Origin: Cyanobacteriota bacterium
GTDB lineage: Bacteria; Cyanobacteriota; Cyanobacteriia; Thermostichales; Thermostichaceae
DNA length: 64,000 nt
Reading direction: 5' to 3'
NCBI GenBank assembly: GCA_033764955.1
Contig: JANRIL010000028.1
Location: 1 to 64,000 of the forward strand
Under the pieces are notes generated by a model. The model did not search any database. It saw only the letters and a list, made by a program, of their open reading frames with translations, and had not been told where the DNA came from. The stretch's first letter is position 1. The number at the start of each line of letters is the position of its first letter. Shown here piece after piece: positions 1 through 9,823 of this stretch. A program made the translations under genes and the position numbers.

Positions 1-142
1 GGAAGACCCTGAGTTTGAAACCTTCTACACCAAGAATATCTTGTTGAACGAGGGGATTCGGGCCTGGATGGCTCCCCAAGACCAACCTCATGCTCACTTT
101 GCCTTCCCTGAAGAAGTCTTGCCCCGTGGCAATGCCCTCTAA
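1..142 (+). CDS. psbD: Photosystem II D2 protein, 3' end (partial)
   Basis: Frame from nt 2 reads [46 protein letters not shown] (TAA 140-142), the conserved D2 C-terminus; not in the ORF track. Confidence 0.97.
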   Translation, partial: EDPEFETFYTKNILLNEGIRAWMAPQDQPHAHFAFPEEVLPRGNAL

Positions 143-234
143 CCCAGCTTGGGTTCGTCCATTTTTAAGCAAAATTTTTCTGACTGTTCTGATTTTTTGT
201 CGTTTTGACCTTGCAGCTTGGGAGGCTGTCCTCT

Positions 235-1614
235 GTGACCTCAACAACGTTTAGTTCTGCAGCGATGCAAGACCGGACCCAGGGTGGATTTGCCTGGTGG
301 GCGGGAAATGCTCGTTTGATCAATCTCTCTGGTCGCTTGCTGGGTGCCCATGTGGCTCACGCAGGTTTGATCGTTTTCTGGACAGGAGCCATGACCTTAT
401 TTGAGGTGGCTCACTTTGTCCCCGACAAACCCATGTATGAACAGGGGCTAATTTTACTGCCCCACCTCTCTACCTTGGGTTGGGGTGTTGGCCCTGGGGG
501 AGAAATTGTGGATACCTTCCCCTATTTTGTGGTTGGGGTATTGCACCTGATTTCTTCTGCCGTCTTGGGCTTGGGTGGTATCTACCATGCCGTGCGTGGG
601 CCTGAGACCCTCGAACAGTACTATCCTTTCTTTGGTTATGACTGGAAGGATAAGAACAAGATGACCACCATCATCGGCATCCACCTCATCCTTTTGGGGT
701 TGGGAGCTTTGTTGCTGGTGGCTAAGGCCATGTGGTTTGGCGGACTGTATGACACCTGGGCACCGGGCGGTGGGGATGTGCGGGTGGTTACCAATCCCAC
801 CTTGGATCCAGGGGTGATCTTTGGCTATCTGGCTCGTTCTCCCTTTGGCGGTGAGGGCTGGATTGTTAGCGTTAATAACTTAGAAGACATCGTAGGCGGT
901 CACATTTATGTCGGCATCATCTGCATTGGCGGCGGTGTCTGGCATATTCTGACCAAGCCCTTCGGCTGGGCACGTCGTGCCTTTATCTGGTCGGGTGAAG
1001 CCTATTTGTCCTACAGTTTGGCGGCGGTTTCGTTGATGAGCTTTATCGCCACCTGCTTTGTCTGGTTTAACAACACCGCTTATCCCAGCGAATTTTATGG
1101 GCCAACGGGGCCAGAGGCTTCTCAAGCTCAGGCTCTCACCTTTGTGGTGCGCGACCAACGTTTGGGTGCCAACATCGGTCAAGCTCAAGGGCCAACTGGC
1201 TTGGGTAAATATTTGATGCGCTCTCCCACGGGTGAGATCATCTTCGGTGGAGAAACCATGCGCTTCTGGGATGTGCGCGCTCCTTGGAAAGAACCGTTGC
1301 TAGGGCCGAATGGGTTGGATGTAGACAAACTGAAAAATGATATTCAACCCTGGCAAGCTCGCCGTGCCGCGGAATATATGACCCATGCGCCAATTGGATC
1401 CCTGAACTCAGTGGGCGGGGTGGCCACAGAAATCAACACCATCAACTTTGTCAGCCCCCGCACCTGGCTGGCTGCTCACAACTTCATCTTGGGCTTCTTG
1501 TTCTTCGTAGGGCACCTCTGGCATGCTGGACGGGCACGAGCTGCCGCCGCCGGATTTGAGAAAGGTCTGGATCGGGAAACAGAGCCTGTTTATCGGATGA
1601 AAGAGTTGCGCTAG
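235..1614 (+). CDS. psbC: Photosystem II CP43 reaction centre antenna protein
   Basis: [41 protein letters not shown] (large lumenal loop present, so not IsiA), [18 protein letters not shown]; in-frame GTG at 235 preceded by GGAGG at 221-225. Confidence 0.97.
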   Translation: MTSTTFSSAAMQDRTQGGFAWWAGNARLINLSGRLLGAHVAHAGLIVFWTGAMTLFEVAHFVPDKPMYEQGLILLPHLSTLGWGVGPGGEIVDTFPYFVVGVLHLISSAVLGLGGIYHAVRGPETLEQYYPFFGYDWKDKNKMTTIIGIHLILLGLGALLLVAKAMWFGGLYDTWAPGGGDVRVVTNPTLDPGVIFGYLARSPFGGEGWIVSVNNLEDIVGGHIYVGIICIGGGVWHILTKPFGWARRAFIWSGEAYLSYSLAAVSLMSFIATCFVWFNNTAYPSEFYGPTGPEASQAQALTFVVRDQRLGANIGQAQGPTGLGKYLMRSPTGEIIFGGETMRFWDVRAPWKEPLLGPNGLDVDKLKNDIQPWQARRAAEYMTHAPIGSLNSVGGVATEINTINFVSPRTWLAAHNFILGFLFFVGHLWHAGRARAAAAGFEKGLDRETEPVYRMKELR

Positions 1615-1672
1615 GAAGGAGATGAGCGCAGCTATTTTCAACCTAATCGTTGACTTCCCTTCATAACTGGTG

Positions 1673-1704
1673 AAGCTGCCTTCTAGAATGGAGGCAGCTT
1701 TTTT
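1673..1704 (+). terminator. Rho-independent terminator after psbDC
   Basis: AAGCTGCCT...AGGCAGCTT inverted repeat followed by T run. Confidence 0.8.
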
Positions 1705-1778
1705 CTGGCTAAGATTGCTTCCAGGAGGTTATTGAGGATGCCCATCAAGTGTGTGGATTGTGCTGTTGTGGATCTGGG

Positions 1779-2753
1779 ATGACTAATCCTACTTATTTTG
1801 AAACGATTCCCCTCCCTAGCCCAGAACAAGCTCTGCTGCTGGCTGGTCTCAATGAGAGTAACCTAAAACGGATCAGCAAATTGACAGGGGCTAAGGTGAC
1901 CCTGCGAGGGCAAGAGCTTTTGGTGCAAGGGGATCCCTCCCAGCAGAAGCAGATTCATCAATGGGTGAATGCCCTCAAACCCATCTGGCAGAGTGGGCAG
2001 CTTGTAAAACCGATTGACGCGGAGATCGCCTATCAAGCCCTGCTGGGAGAACAGACCGCTGATCATCAACAGATCCAGCAGCAGCTTTTGGCACGCAATC
2101 GTAAAGGGGATCCCATTCGCCCGAAAACCCCCCATCAATACCATTACGTGCAGGCAATTCTCTCCCACGATCTGACTTTTGGCATTGGGCCGGCGGGAAC
2201 GGGCAAAACCTATCTAGCCGCAGTGATGGCGGTAGCCGCTCTGCAAAATCGGCAATATGAGCGCTTAGTATTGACCCGTCCAGCCGTGGAGGCGGGAGAG
2301 AAGCTGGGTTTTTTGCCGGGAGATCTCCGCGAAAAAGTGGATCCCTATTTGCGACCGCTTTACGATGCCCTCTATGAATTTATCCCTCCCGAAAAGCTGC
2401 CTGGCCTCATGGAGCAGGGGGTGATCGAGGTGGCTCCCCTAGCCTACATGCGGGGACGCACCCTCAACCATGCCTTTGTTATTTTGGATGAAGCCCAGAA
2501 TACCACCCCAGAGCAAATGAAAATGGTGCTGACCCGCTTGGGCTTTCAATCTCGCATGGTGGTGGCGGGAGACTTGACTCAGACCGACTTGGGCTATCAC
2601 CGCCCTTCTGGGTTGGCGGTTGCTGAAAAGATTTTGAGGGGGGTAGAAGGGATTGCCTTTTGCCATTTTGACCAGCGAGATGTCGTGCGCCATCCTTTGG
2701 TTCAGCGGATTGTGGAAGCCTATGGTCGGCTTGATACGATCCAGTCGGGCTAG
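1779..2753 (+). CDS. phoH: PhoH family ATPase
   Basis: GPAGTGKT P-loop, RPAVEAGEKLGFLPGD, AYMRGRT, DEAQN motifs; ATG 1779 preferred over ORF-track GTG 1749. Confidence 0.93.
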   Translation: MTNPTYFETIPLPSPEQALLLAGLNESNLKRISKLTGAKVTLRGQELLVQGDPSQQKQIHQWVNALKPIWQSGQLVKPIDAEIAYQALLGEQTADHQQIQQQLLARNRKGDPIRPKTPHQYHYVQAILSHDLTFGIGPAGTGKTYLAAVMAVAALQNRQYERLVLTRPAVEAGEKLGFLPGDLREKVDPYLRPLYDALYEFIPPEKLPGLMEQGVIEVAPLAYMRGRTLNHAFVILDEAQNTTPEQMKMVLTRLGFQSRMVVAGDLTQTDLGYHRPSGLAVAEKILRGVEGIAFCHFDQRDVVRHPLVQRIVEAYGRLDTIQSG

Positions 2754-2758
2754 AGGGC

Positions 2759-2786
2759 TGCCAGAGGATTAATGCCAGAGGATTAA
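2759..2786. repeat. Tandem 14-bp direct repeat (TGCCAGAGGATTAA x2) between convergent genes
   Basis: Read directly from sequence. Confidence 0.85.
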
Positions 2787-2822
2787 GATGAGGGATCCGT
2801 AATCCGCTGGCAGATGAGTGGG

Positions 2823-4523
2823 CTAGCGCAAATAGGCTCGCGGATCCACAGGCGCTCCTCCCCCCGGGCGCACCTCAAAATGGAGGTGGGGGCCTGTACT
2901 CCAGCCCGTGCTACCTCGACTCATGATCGTCTGTCCCTGTTGCACGTATTGACCCACCGTTACATAAATTTGGTTGCCGTGGGCATAGCGAGTGACCAAT
3001 CCGTTCGGATGGCGAATATCCACCCGATTGCCATAACCATCACGTCCATAGCCGGCGAAAATGATGGTTCCCTCCATAACCGCCACAATCGGGGATCCGA
3101 CAGGGCCAGGGATATCTACCCCAGCATGAATTCGGCCATTGCGCCAGCCAAAACCAGAAGTAATCTGTCCAGCCACCGGCCAGACAAACCCAGAGGTTAC
3201 GGCGGCAGGGGGTGGGGCTGCTACGGGAGGAGCAGGAGGCGGGGCTACCACCGGAGTAGCAGGCACAGGCTTAGGTTTGGGCTTGGCTGCTACCGGCGCG
3301 GGGGAAACCGGCTTGGGAGTAGCCACCACAGGCAGGGGAGTGTTGGCGGTCGGAATCACCAACTTCTGCCCCAGTTCTAGCCAATGGGGATTTTGTAGGC
3401 GATTGGCGCGGATGATTGCCTGTTGGGAGATTTGATAGCGGGCAGCAATCCGCTCAATCGTGTCTCCCGATGCCACCGTATGGGTGATGGGAATATTGGC
3501 CTGAGCTTCTTTGAGAGCGGCCTGACGCTGGGCTGCGGCGGCTTTCTCTGCTTGCTCGGCTCGTGCCTGAATGTCGGCATTCCGTTGTTTTTGGCGGGCA
3601 ATCAGTTGGCTCACGTCCCCAGGGATAAGCAGCTTCTGACCGATGCTGAGAAAGTCTGGTGAGGTCAAGGGGGTGGCCTGAATAATCGCCCGTTGCCGCA
3701 CTTGATAGCGAATTGCTAACGATTCTAGGGTGTCCCCCTGGGCAACAGTATGAATCAAGCCGGCCTGACCGGGAATATAGAGGGTTTCTCCTGGCTTGAG
3801 TTCCGTTGTAGCTGTGATGCCGTTAGAGATGGTGATCGCTGCCGCATCAATCTGGTACATCTGGGTTAACTTCCAAAGGGTCTCACCCGCCTTCACTTCG
3901 TGCTGGATGATCCCGGAAGGGGTTTTTAGCATGGCCAGTTGCCCCGCTTTGAGGGCTGCACTGGCGGCTTCTCGTTTGGCGGCAAAGTTTTGTTGGAGAA
4001 CCGCCGAGAGCGTTTGGCTGGAAACCGGCACCATCTCCAGGGGAGGCTCTGGTGGGAGGCGATGTTTTTGGGTTAGCCACAACCCCAGAACCCCTAACGT
4101 CATCGCTAAGCCTGCCACCCAACGACTGCTGCGATACTGGGTGTTGGGAAGATCCTCGGTTGGATTCGGTTCGTCTTGCCAGGGATCCCAGAAACAGTCG
4201 GGCTGAATCGGATGGGATTTCGGTTTTTGTAGCCAAAGCAAACCCGCCATGCTGATAGAAACGGCAAAACCCGCCAAGGCGGGCTTCAGCAGGGGAGGGG
4301 AAGCTGAGGGGGGCAATTCCAGCAGCGGAGTGGCCTCAGCACAAGGATCCTCAACCAGAGAGACACCGAGATCAGAGCCAGACTGCTCCAGAGGTTCTCC
4401 GAATTCAGTCAGGCTGGATGGGGAGTTGAGGGGCTGTTCGCTCACGGCAGCGTCAAGCTCACTCAGGATCTCTTGGGGTCGATCCAAAATTGGCTGTTTC
4501 AATCGCGTCTCCTCACAAAACAC
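2823..4523 (-). CDS. LysM-repeat M23 family peptidoglycan metallo-endopeptidase (NlpD/MepM-like)
   Basis: Three LysM repeats (HEVKAGETLW, HTVAQGDTL, HTVASGDTI), Pro/Ala linker, M23 motifs HAGVD, YAH, STGPHLHFE; start uncertain. Confidence 0.9.
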   Translation of the reverse strand: MFCEETRLKQPILDRPQEILSELDAAVSEQPLNSPSSLTEFGEPLEQSGSDLGVSLVEDPCAEATPLLELPPSASPPLLKPALAGFAVSISMAGLLWLQKPKSHPIQPDCFWDPWQDEPNPTEDLPNTQYRSSRWVAGLAMTLGVLGLWLTQKHRLPPEPPLEMVPVSSQTLSAVLQQNFAAKREAASAALKAGQLAMLKTPSGIIQHEVKAGETLWKLTQMYQIDAAAITISNGITATTELKPGETLYIPGQAGLIHTVAQGDTLESLAIRYQVRQRAIIQATPLTSPDFLSIGQKLLIPGDVSQLIARQKQRNADIQARAEQAEKAAAAQRQAALKEAQANIPITHTVASGDTIERIAARYQISQQAIIRANRLQNPHWLELGQKLVIPTANTPLPVVATPKPVSPAPVAAKPKPKPVPATPVVAPPPAPPVAAPPPAAVTSGFVWPVAGQITSGFGWRNGRIHAGVDIPGPVGSPIVAVMEGTIIFAGYGRDGYGNRVDIRHPNGLVTRYAHGNQIYVTVGQYVQQGQTIMSRGSTGWSTGPHLHFEVRPGGGAPVDPRAYLR

Positions 4524-4873
4524 GGAACAACAAAGACAAGCTACGGAAGGAGGTGAGTAGGCTATTATCCATCAGGCGATATGCCCAGGGTAGGGATAGG
4601 CCTGACTTTAGCGCACTCAGGTTAGGTTACCGTAGTTAACAATTCCAGACAAGTTTTTTGGATAACGTATCTGGAAAATGGCTGTGATCCGGATCGGATC
4701 GCCGTCACTGGTAGGGCAATGCAGACTTAGATGATGGAGATCCCACCCCCCGATCTGCCCCTATCGTCTCCGCATGGCCTAGCTATTGCCTGTCCATTCC
4801 TCAGCCGCCAAAATTCTCTAGAATTACCTAAGGATTTGGCTGTAGTTCTCTACACAAAATTTGGATCCCATTC

Positions 4874-6469
4874 ATGCCACTGCTTATCTACAACAGCCTT
4901 TCTCGGCAAAAAGAGGCTTTTCAGCCCATCCATGCTGAAACGGAGCAAGTGAGTGTCCCCTCTCCACAGGCAGGAAATCGGCTAGGACAAGTCTTGATGT
5001 ATGTCTGTGGAGTGACGGTGTATGACTACTGCCATTTGGGACATGCCCGAACCTATGTTGTTTGGGACATGGTACGGCGCTACCTCACTTTTTTGGGATA
5101 TCGAGTTAAATTTGTCCAAAACTTTACTGACATTGATGACAAGATTTTACAGCGGGCTTTAGAACGGCAGGAGTCGATGACGGATCTAGCGGAACGCTTC
5201 ATCCAAGCCTACTTTGAAGATATGGATCGCCTCAACATTTTGAGAGCCGATAATTACCCCAGAGCCACCCAATCTTTATCCTCTATTTTTGCTCTCATTC
5301 AATCCCTAGAACTGAAACAATTTGCCTATCGAATTCGGGTTAATCACACCCCCACAAATCCAACAGAGCAGAGTGATGTTTATTACGCTGTGCGCCAGTT
5401 TGGTGATTATGGACAACTCTCAGGACGCAAGCTAGAAGACATGCAAGCAGGAGCCAGTGGACGGGTCGATAGCATAGGATCCGTAGCGCAGAAACGGGAT
5501 CCCTTTGATTTTGCCCTCTGGAAATCAGCCCCTCAAACGGAGCCTGGGTTTGATTCACCCTGGGGGTGGGGACGCCCCGGCTGGCATATTGAATGCTCGG
5601 CGATGGTCAAAGAAACCTTGGGCAATTCTATTGACATTCATGCCGGAGGAGCCGATCTAATTTTTCCGCATCATGAAAACGAACTGGCTCAATCCGAACC
5701 GATCCTGGGTAAACCCCTGGCACGCTATTGGATGCACAACGGATTCTTAAATATTAATGGCGAAAAAATGTCCAAATCCTTAGGAAACTTTACTACTCTA
5801 CGGGATGCCCTCAAGGTTTATGACCCGATGGCTCTGCGCCTATTTTTTCTGCAAACCCATTATCGTAGCCCCATCGATCTGACCGAAACAGCGATGGCTG
5901 CGGCCAGCCAAGGGTGGCAAACCCTCAGCAAAGGGATGCAAGCAGCTCACCACTTTCTTTCTTCTCTCCACCCTCAACCTGACCATTCTCCACCTTCCGA
6001 GCCGTTCGCTTCGGATCAGATAAATAGGTCAAAGTCAGAGTCAGTCAAACAGTTTCAATCTGCCATGGATGATGATTTTGCAACTCCTGCTGGGGTTGCC
6101 CTTGCCTTTGATCTCGCCAAAGAATTGAGCCGTCAATATAATCTGCTTACCCACCAAGGAGAGGCTCGTCTTCCTCACAATCTCCTCCTGCAAAAGAGTC
6201 AAGATCTTCTCCAGATCACCGAGGTTTTAGGGTTAGGGTTAGAAGACCAACCACCCATTGAGGAGAATGTAGAAGCTACTATTCAAGTGGCAATAGAAAC
6301 TGGCGAAAAGATCAATGTTTCAGAGTTGATTGAGCAGCGCAAACAGGCCAAAAAGGAGCGAAACTTTGCGGAAGCTGACCGTATTCGCAATCACCTCAAA
6401 TCGTTGGGAATTAGCTTGATTGATCAGCCCGATGGCTCAACCCGGTGGCGACAGGGGGATTCTCCCTAA
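4874..6469 (+). CDS. cysS: Cysteine--tRNA ligase
   Basis: MYVCGVTVYDYCHLGH, GRPGWHIECS, DIHAGGADLIFPHHENE, KMSKS. Confidence 0.97.
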   Translation: MPLLIYNSLSRQKEAFQPIHAETEQVSVPSPQAGNRLGQVLMYVCGVTVYDYCHLGHARTYVVWDMVRRYLTFLGYRVKFVQNFTDIDDKILQRALERQESMTDLAERFIQAYFEDMDRLNILRADNYPRATQSLSSIFALIQSLELKQFAYRIRVNHTPTNPTEQSDVYYAVRQFGDYGQLSGRKLEDMQAGASGRVDSIGSVAQKRDPFDFALWKSAPQTEPGFDSPWGWGRPGWHIECSAMVKETLGNSIDIHAGGADLIFPHHENELAQSEPILGKPLARYWMHNGFLNINGEKMSKSLGNFTTLRDALKVYDPMALRLFFLQTHYRSPIDLTETAMAAASQGWQTLSKGMQAAHHFLSSLHPQPDHSPPSEPFASDQINRSKSESVKQFQSAMDDDFATPAGVALAFDLAKELSRQYNLLTHQGEARLPHNLLLQKSQDLLQITEVLGLGLEDQPPIEENVEATIQVAIETGEKINVSELIEQRKQAKKERNFAEADRIRNHLKSLGISLIDQPDGSTRWRQGDSP

Positions 6470-6586
6470 ACAAAAGGGATCCCAGGTGGACTAACGGTGG
6501 TCAGTCGGAAGGGATCCCGGTTGATTGAGGTAAATTCTACTTAAGTATTGTTAAGTATTGAACATTGAACGGAATAGAAATAGCCC

Positions 6587-7222
6587 TTATTTATTGGGCT
6601 GAGGCGTCAAGCGCAAGTAGGGCTTAACTGGAGTAAAGCCTTTCGGAAACTTGCTCTTAGCTTCCTCATCCGAAATAGAGGGCACAATCACCACATCCTG
6701 CCCATCTTGCCAGTTGGCCGGGGTCGCCACACTGTAGTATTCCGTCAATTGCAGAGAATCAATCACCCGCAGCAGTTCATCAAAATTACGTCCTGTGCTA
6801 GCCGGATAGGTCAGGGTCAAGCGTAGTTTTTTGTTGGGATCAATAATAAACACCGAGCGAACCGTCAGGGTGTTATTGGCATTGGGATGAATCATGTCAT
6901 AGAGATCCGAAACTTTGCGATCGGGATCCGCCAAAATGGGGTAGTTGAGGTTTACGTTCTGGGTTTCTTCGATATCCCCTACCCAGCCCTTGTGGGAGTT
7001 GACATCATCCACACTCAAGGCAATGGTTTTGACATTTCGCTTATCGAATTCTGGCTTGAGGCGAGCCACTTCTCCTAGCTCGGTAGTGCAAACGGGGGTA
7101 AAGTCTTTGGGATGAGAAAACAACACCACCCAACTATCCCCTGCCCAGTCATAGAAATTGATCTCCCCTTCGGTGGAGGCTTGGGTAAAGTTGGGAACGG
7201 TATCTCCAAGTCGCAGTGTCAT
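6587..7222 (-). CDS. 1-Cys peroxiredoxin (Prx6 family)
   Basis: FSHPKDFTPVCTTE, YPASTGRNFDE motifs. Confidence 0.95.
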   Translation of the reverse strand: MTLRLGDTVPNFTQASTEGEINFYDWAGDSWVVLFSHPKDFTPVCTTELGEVARLKPEFDKRNVKTIALSVDDVNSHKGWVGDIEETQNVNLNYPILADPDRKVSDLYDMIHPNANNTLTVRSVFIIDPNKKLRLTLTYPASTGRNFDELLRVIDSLQLTEYYSVATPANWQDGQDVVIVPSISDEEAKSKFPKGFTPVKPYLRLTPQPNK

Positions 7223-7480
7223 AAACCTTCAGTCCTGTAGTGTCGATAGATTTTTACGCCCCCATCATGCCATTAAACTCCGGTTTTCCCATCGGTTTTT
7301 AGAGGATTCTTAATATTCACCTGCAGGCTAGTATTTGGGTTCCACAAGCAACCGCGATAGCACAGTGGTTAGGGGACTTTTGAGCAGTCTTGACAAAGCC
7401 GGTTTCCCAACAACCTCGTCCTGCTGATCTGAGTAAACTCTCTAATGGAGGCAGTTGATGAGGAACTAGCTAAAAGTTTG

Positions 7481-7585
7481 GTGTGGCTTCCAGAACTGGG
7501 ACTAGCCATAGGAATTGAGCAAGGCAGCTATTTGGGGGATCAACCGGGAGTGGCTATATTTGGTATGGCCAGAGGGGGGAATGCC
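7481..7585 (+). pseudogene. Degraded Uma2-family endonuclease C-terminal remnant
   Basis: VWLPELGLAIGIEQGSYLG, then across frameshifts GINREWLY and WYGQRGE, resembling the cyanobacterial Uma2 C-terminal pattern W(L/M)PE(I/L)GL.IG.E.G.Y.G..REWLYWYD..G. Confidence 0.6.
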
Positions 7586-7651
7586 GGAAGCGATTGCCCA
7601 GCCGCAACACAAGCTAGCCGCCCTAAGAGTACCTTCACACCATCGTTGTAT

Positions 7652-8854
7652 ATGGGATCCCTCCCGACGGTCGTTTTAGCAGGCTGTGGCTATGGAGCCA
7701 TCGCCACCATGGAGGCACTGGCCGACCAAGCCCATCTGATCGCCATCAACCCTTATCCTTATCTGGTTAATTCCGGCATGACGACCCGTCTCTTGAGCGG
7801 ACGCTTCTCTGCTGATCTCGTCAGGATCCCGATGCAGGGGCATTTTTCCCGCTACGGAGTCAGGTTTTTGGCCGGACAGGTCATCCAGATCGATCCTTAT
7901 CAACAAACGGTTACGCTCCAGCAGGAAGGGGGTAGGCAAACCCTCATTTATGATCGGCTGTTGCTCAATATGGGGCGTCGGGTGGTCAGTTCTGTGGGGG
8001 AGTTTGCCGGTGCTTTTCGAGTGCGCCCGATGGAAGCATTGCTGGCGGCTCATCAGCATATCTGTCGGTGTTGGCAGCAAGCAGCAGCGGGTGATGCTAC
8101 ACCTGGGTTACTAACTTTTGTGGTGGTGGGGGGTGGCTGTACGGGGGTAGAACTGATGGGAGAACTCGTCGATCTCTGCCGCGATCTCAGTCAAGCCACT
8201 GGCATCCCTTTTGCTCAAGCCCGCCTGTTACTGGTTAGCCGGAGTGCCCACCTAGCCGAGGGGATCTCGGAAAGGTTTAGCCGTCTGGTTGAGGGATCCC
8301 TGCGGCAGCAGGGGGTCGAGATACTACTGCACACTTCCGTAGAAGGAATCTTGCCGGATCAGGTAGGGTTGAAAACCCACTCTATTCCCTGCCGGACAAC
8401 GCTCTGGGCAGGAGGATTAACCGCTTCTCCTGTGCTGGCAGAAAGTGGTTTGCCGCTGGGATCCCAGGGGGGAGTGCAGGTGGACCCAACCTTTCAAGTG
8501 GTGGGATTTCCTACCATTTTTGCGATGGGGGATTGTGCTGATTTTCTTCTGGCTCAACCGATTGCCCACTGTCCCGCCGAGCCAGGGCTTTTGCCGAAAT
8601 TGGGAGTCTTTGCGGTGCGGGCGGCTCCGGTTGTGGCTCATAATCTGCGGAGCAGTCTGCACGGTCAGCCCCTAGCGAGCTTTCGTCCCCAACGCAGTGT
8701 GTTTATAAGTGTCACTGTTGGCAATCGGCAAGCGGTCATGCAAAAGGGATCCCTGCTCTGGCGAGGTTATGGAGCAACAGTGTTGAAAAACTGGTTTGAC
8801 TGGCGGTATATGCGTCGCTATAAGCCCGTCAAGTGGCAAGATTTCATGTATTAG
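7652..8854 (+). CDS. FAD/NAD(P)-dependent oxidoreductase (type II NADH dehydrogenase-like)
   Basis: VVLAGCGYG and VVVGGGCTGVELMGE Rossmann motifs, IFAMGDCA; likely start ATG 7652 because the ORF-track extension is a Uma2 remnant. Confidence 0.8.
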   Translation: MGSLPTVVLAGCGYGAIATMEALADQAHLIAINPYPYLVNSGMTTRLLSGRFSADLVRIPMQGHFSRYGVRFLAGQVIQIDPYQQTVTLQQEGGRQTLIYDRLLLNMGRRVVSSVGEFAGAFRVRPMEALLAAHQHICRCWQQAAAGDATPGLLTFVVVGGGCTGVELMGELVDLCRDLSQATGIPFAQARLLLVSRSAHLAEGISERFSRLVEGSLRQQGVEILLHTSVEGILPDQVGLKTHSIPCRTTLWAGGLTASPVLAESGLPLGSQGGVQVDPTFQVVGFPTIFAMGDCADFLLAQPIAHCPAEPGLLPKLGVFAVRAAPVVAHNLRSSLHGQPLASFRPQRSVFISVTVGNRQAVMQKGSLLWRGYGATVLKNWFDWRYMRRYKPVKWQDFMY

Positions 8855-8875
8855 GTTGTGTTGATCTTTTGTTTA

Positions 8876-9823
8876 TCAAGGTTGCGGGGGCAACAAAGGT
8901 GGATTCATGCCTTGGTTAGTTTGGGGAGTTAACGACATCAAATCCTCAATATTGCGGCGAATCATGTGACAAATTGCATCCAAGGGCAGATCGTTAGGAT
9001 CCCGACCAAAGGGGTTTTCGATTTCCACTCCAATCGCTTCAATACCTAGCAAGGTAAAGCTAATTAACCCCACAACTAGACCCGTCAACCAGCCTAAACT
9101 TTCCACCATTTGAAACGGTAGGGAAAAACAGTAGAGCAAAAGTAATTGTTTGAGATGAATGGCATAGGCCAAGGGCATGGGAGTTCGCAAAATGCGTTCG
9201 GATCCCCCCAACGCATCGACCATGCCATTTAATAATTGGTGCATGGCCGTTAGCTGATAAATATTGATATAGCCATTTTGATATTGAGATTGCAAATAAT
9301 CCCCAATCCAAAAGGCAATTTGCAAAGGGGGATGATTCATTGCCTGAAGTTTATGATACTGATTCGGCAAGATTAAGGATTTTAGTTCGGGGTTTTCCAC
9401 GATAGATTCTTGGCGAAGATACAGTTTCATTGCCACTGCAAAAGCTGCCAAAAGATATAGCACTCTCACCTTTTGTTCATGATCTTCAGGAGTTCTTTCT
9501 GATGTAGCCACCCAAATTAGGCGCGCTAAATTACGGATATCATTGTTAAGGCTACCCCACCATTTTCGCCCTTCCCAAAATCGTTCATAGGCCGTATTGG
9601 TACGAAAAACCAGTAACAGTCCTAAAACAATGTTGGGAACAAAGGTTACCAAACTGGGCAAAGCAACTGGATAACCCAGTTGAAACAACAAGGCAATCAA
9701 AAAACCGAAACTAGTAGCCAAAAGGGTCGAGGGTAAGACATCCCCAATCACCGATCCTTTGATTTGTAGAGCTGACGAAAACCAGGCTCGAAACCGCACT
9801 GACTTTATGGGGGGCTTATCCAT
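8876..9823 (-). CDS. Bestrophin family anion channel (UPF0187/YneE)
   Basis: LLLVFRTNTAYERFWEGRK, ERILRTPMP, EIENPFG.DPNDLPL. Confidence 0.93.
   Translation of the reverse strand: MDKPPIKSVRFRAWFSSALQIKGSVIGDVLPSTLLATSFGFLIALLFQLGYPVALPSLVTFVPNIVLGLLLVFRTNTAYERFWEGRKWWGSLNNDIRNLARLIWVATSERTPEDHEQKVRVLYLLAAFAVAMKLYLRQESIVENPELKSLILPNQYHKLQAMNHPPLQIAFWIGDYLQSQYQNGYINIYQLTAMHQLLNGMVDALGGSERILRTPMPLAYAIHLKQLLLLYCFSLPFQMVESLGWLTGLVVGLISFTLLGIEAIGVEIENPFGRDPNDLPLDAICHMIRRNIEDLMSLTPQTNQGMNPPLLPPQP

Noticed and set aside
126..254. Short ORF starting at the ancestral psbC-position GTG
   Set aside because: Out of frame with psbC, with no recognisable similarity or supporting signal
205..1614. IsiA/Pcb antenna instead of CP43
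   Set aside because: The large lumenal loop with GGETMRFWD is present and the gene follows psbD
6541..6570. TTAAGTATTG x2 and similar short tandem duplications (also about 19771)
   Set aside because: Two-copy slippage repeats in convergent spacers; no sign of function
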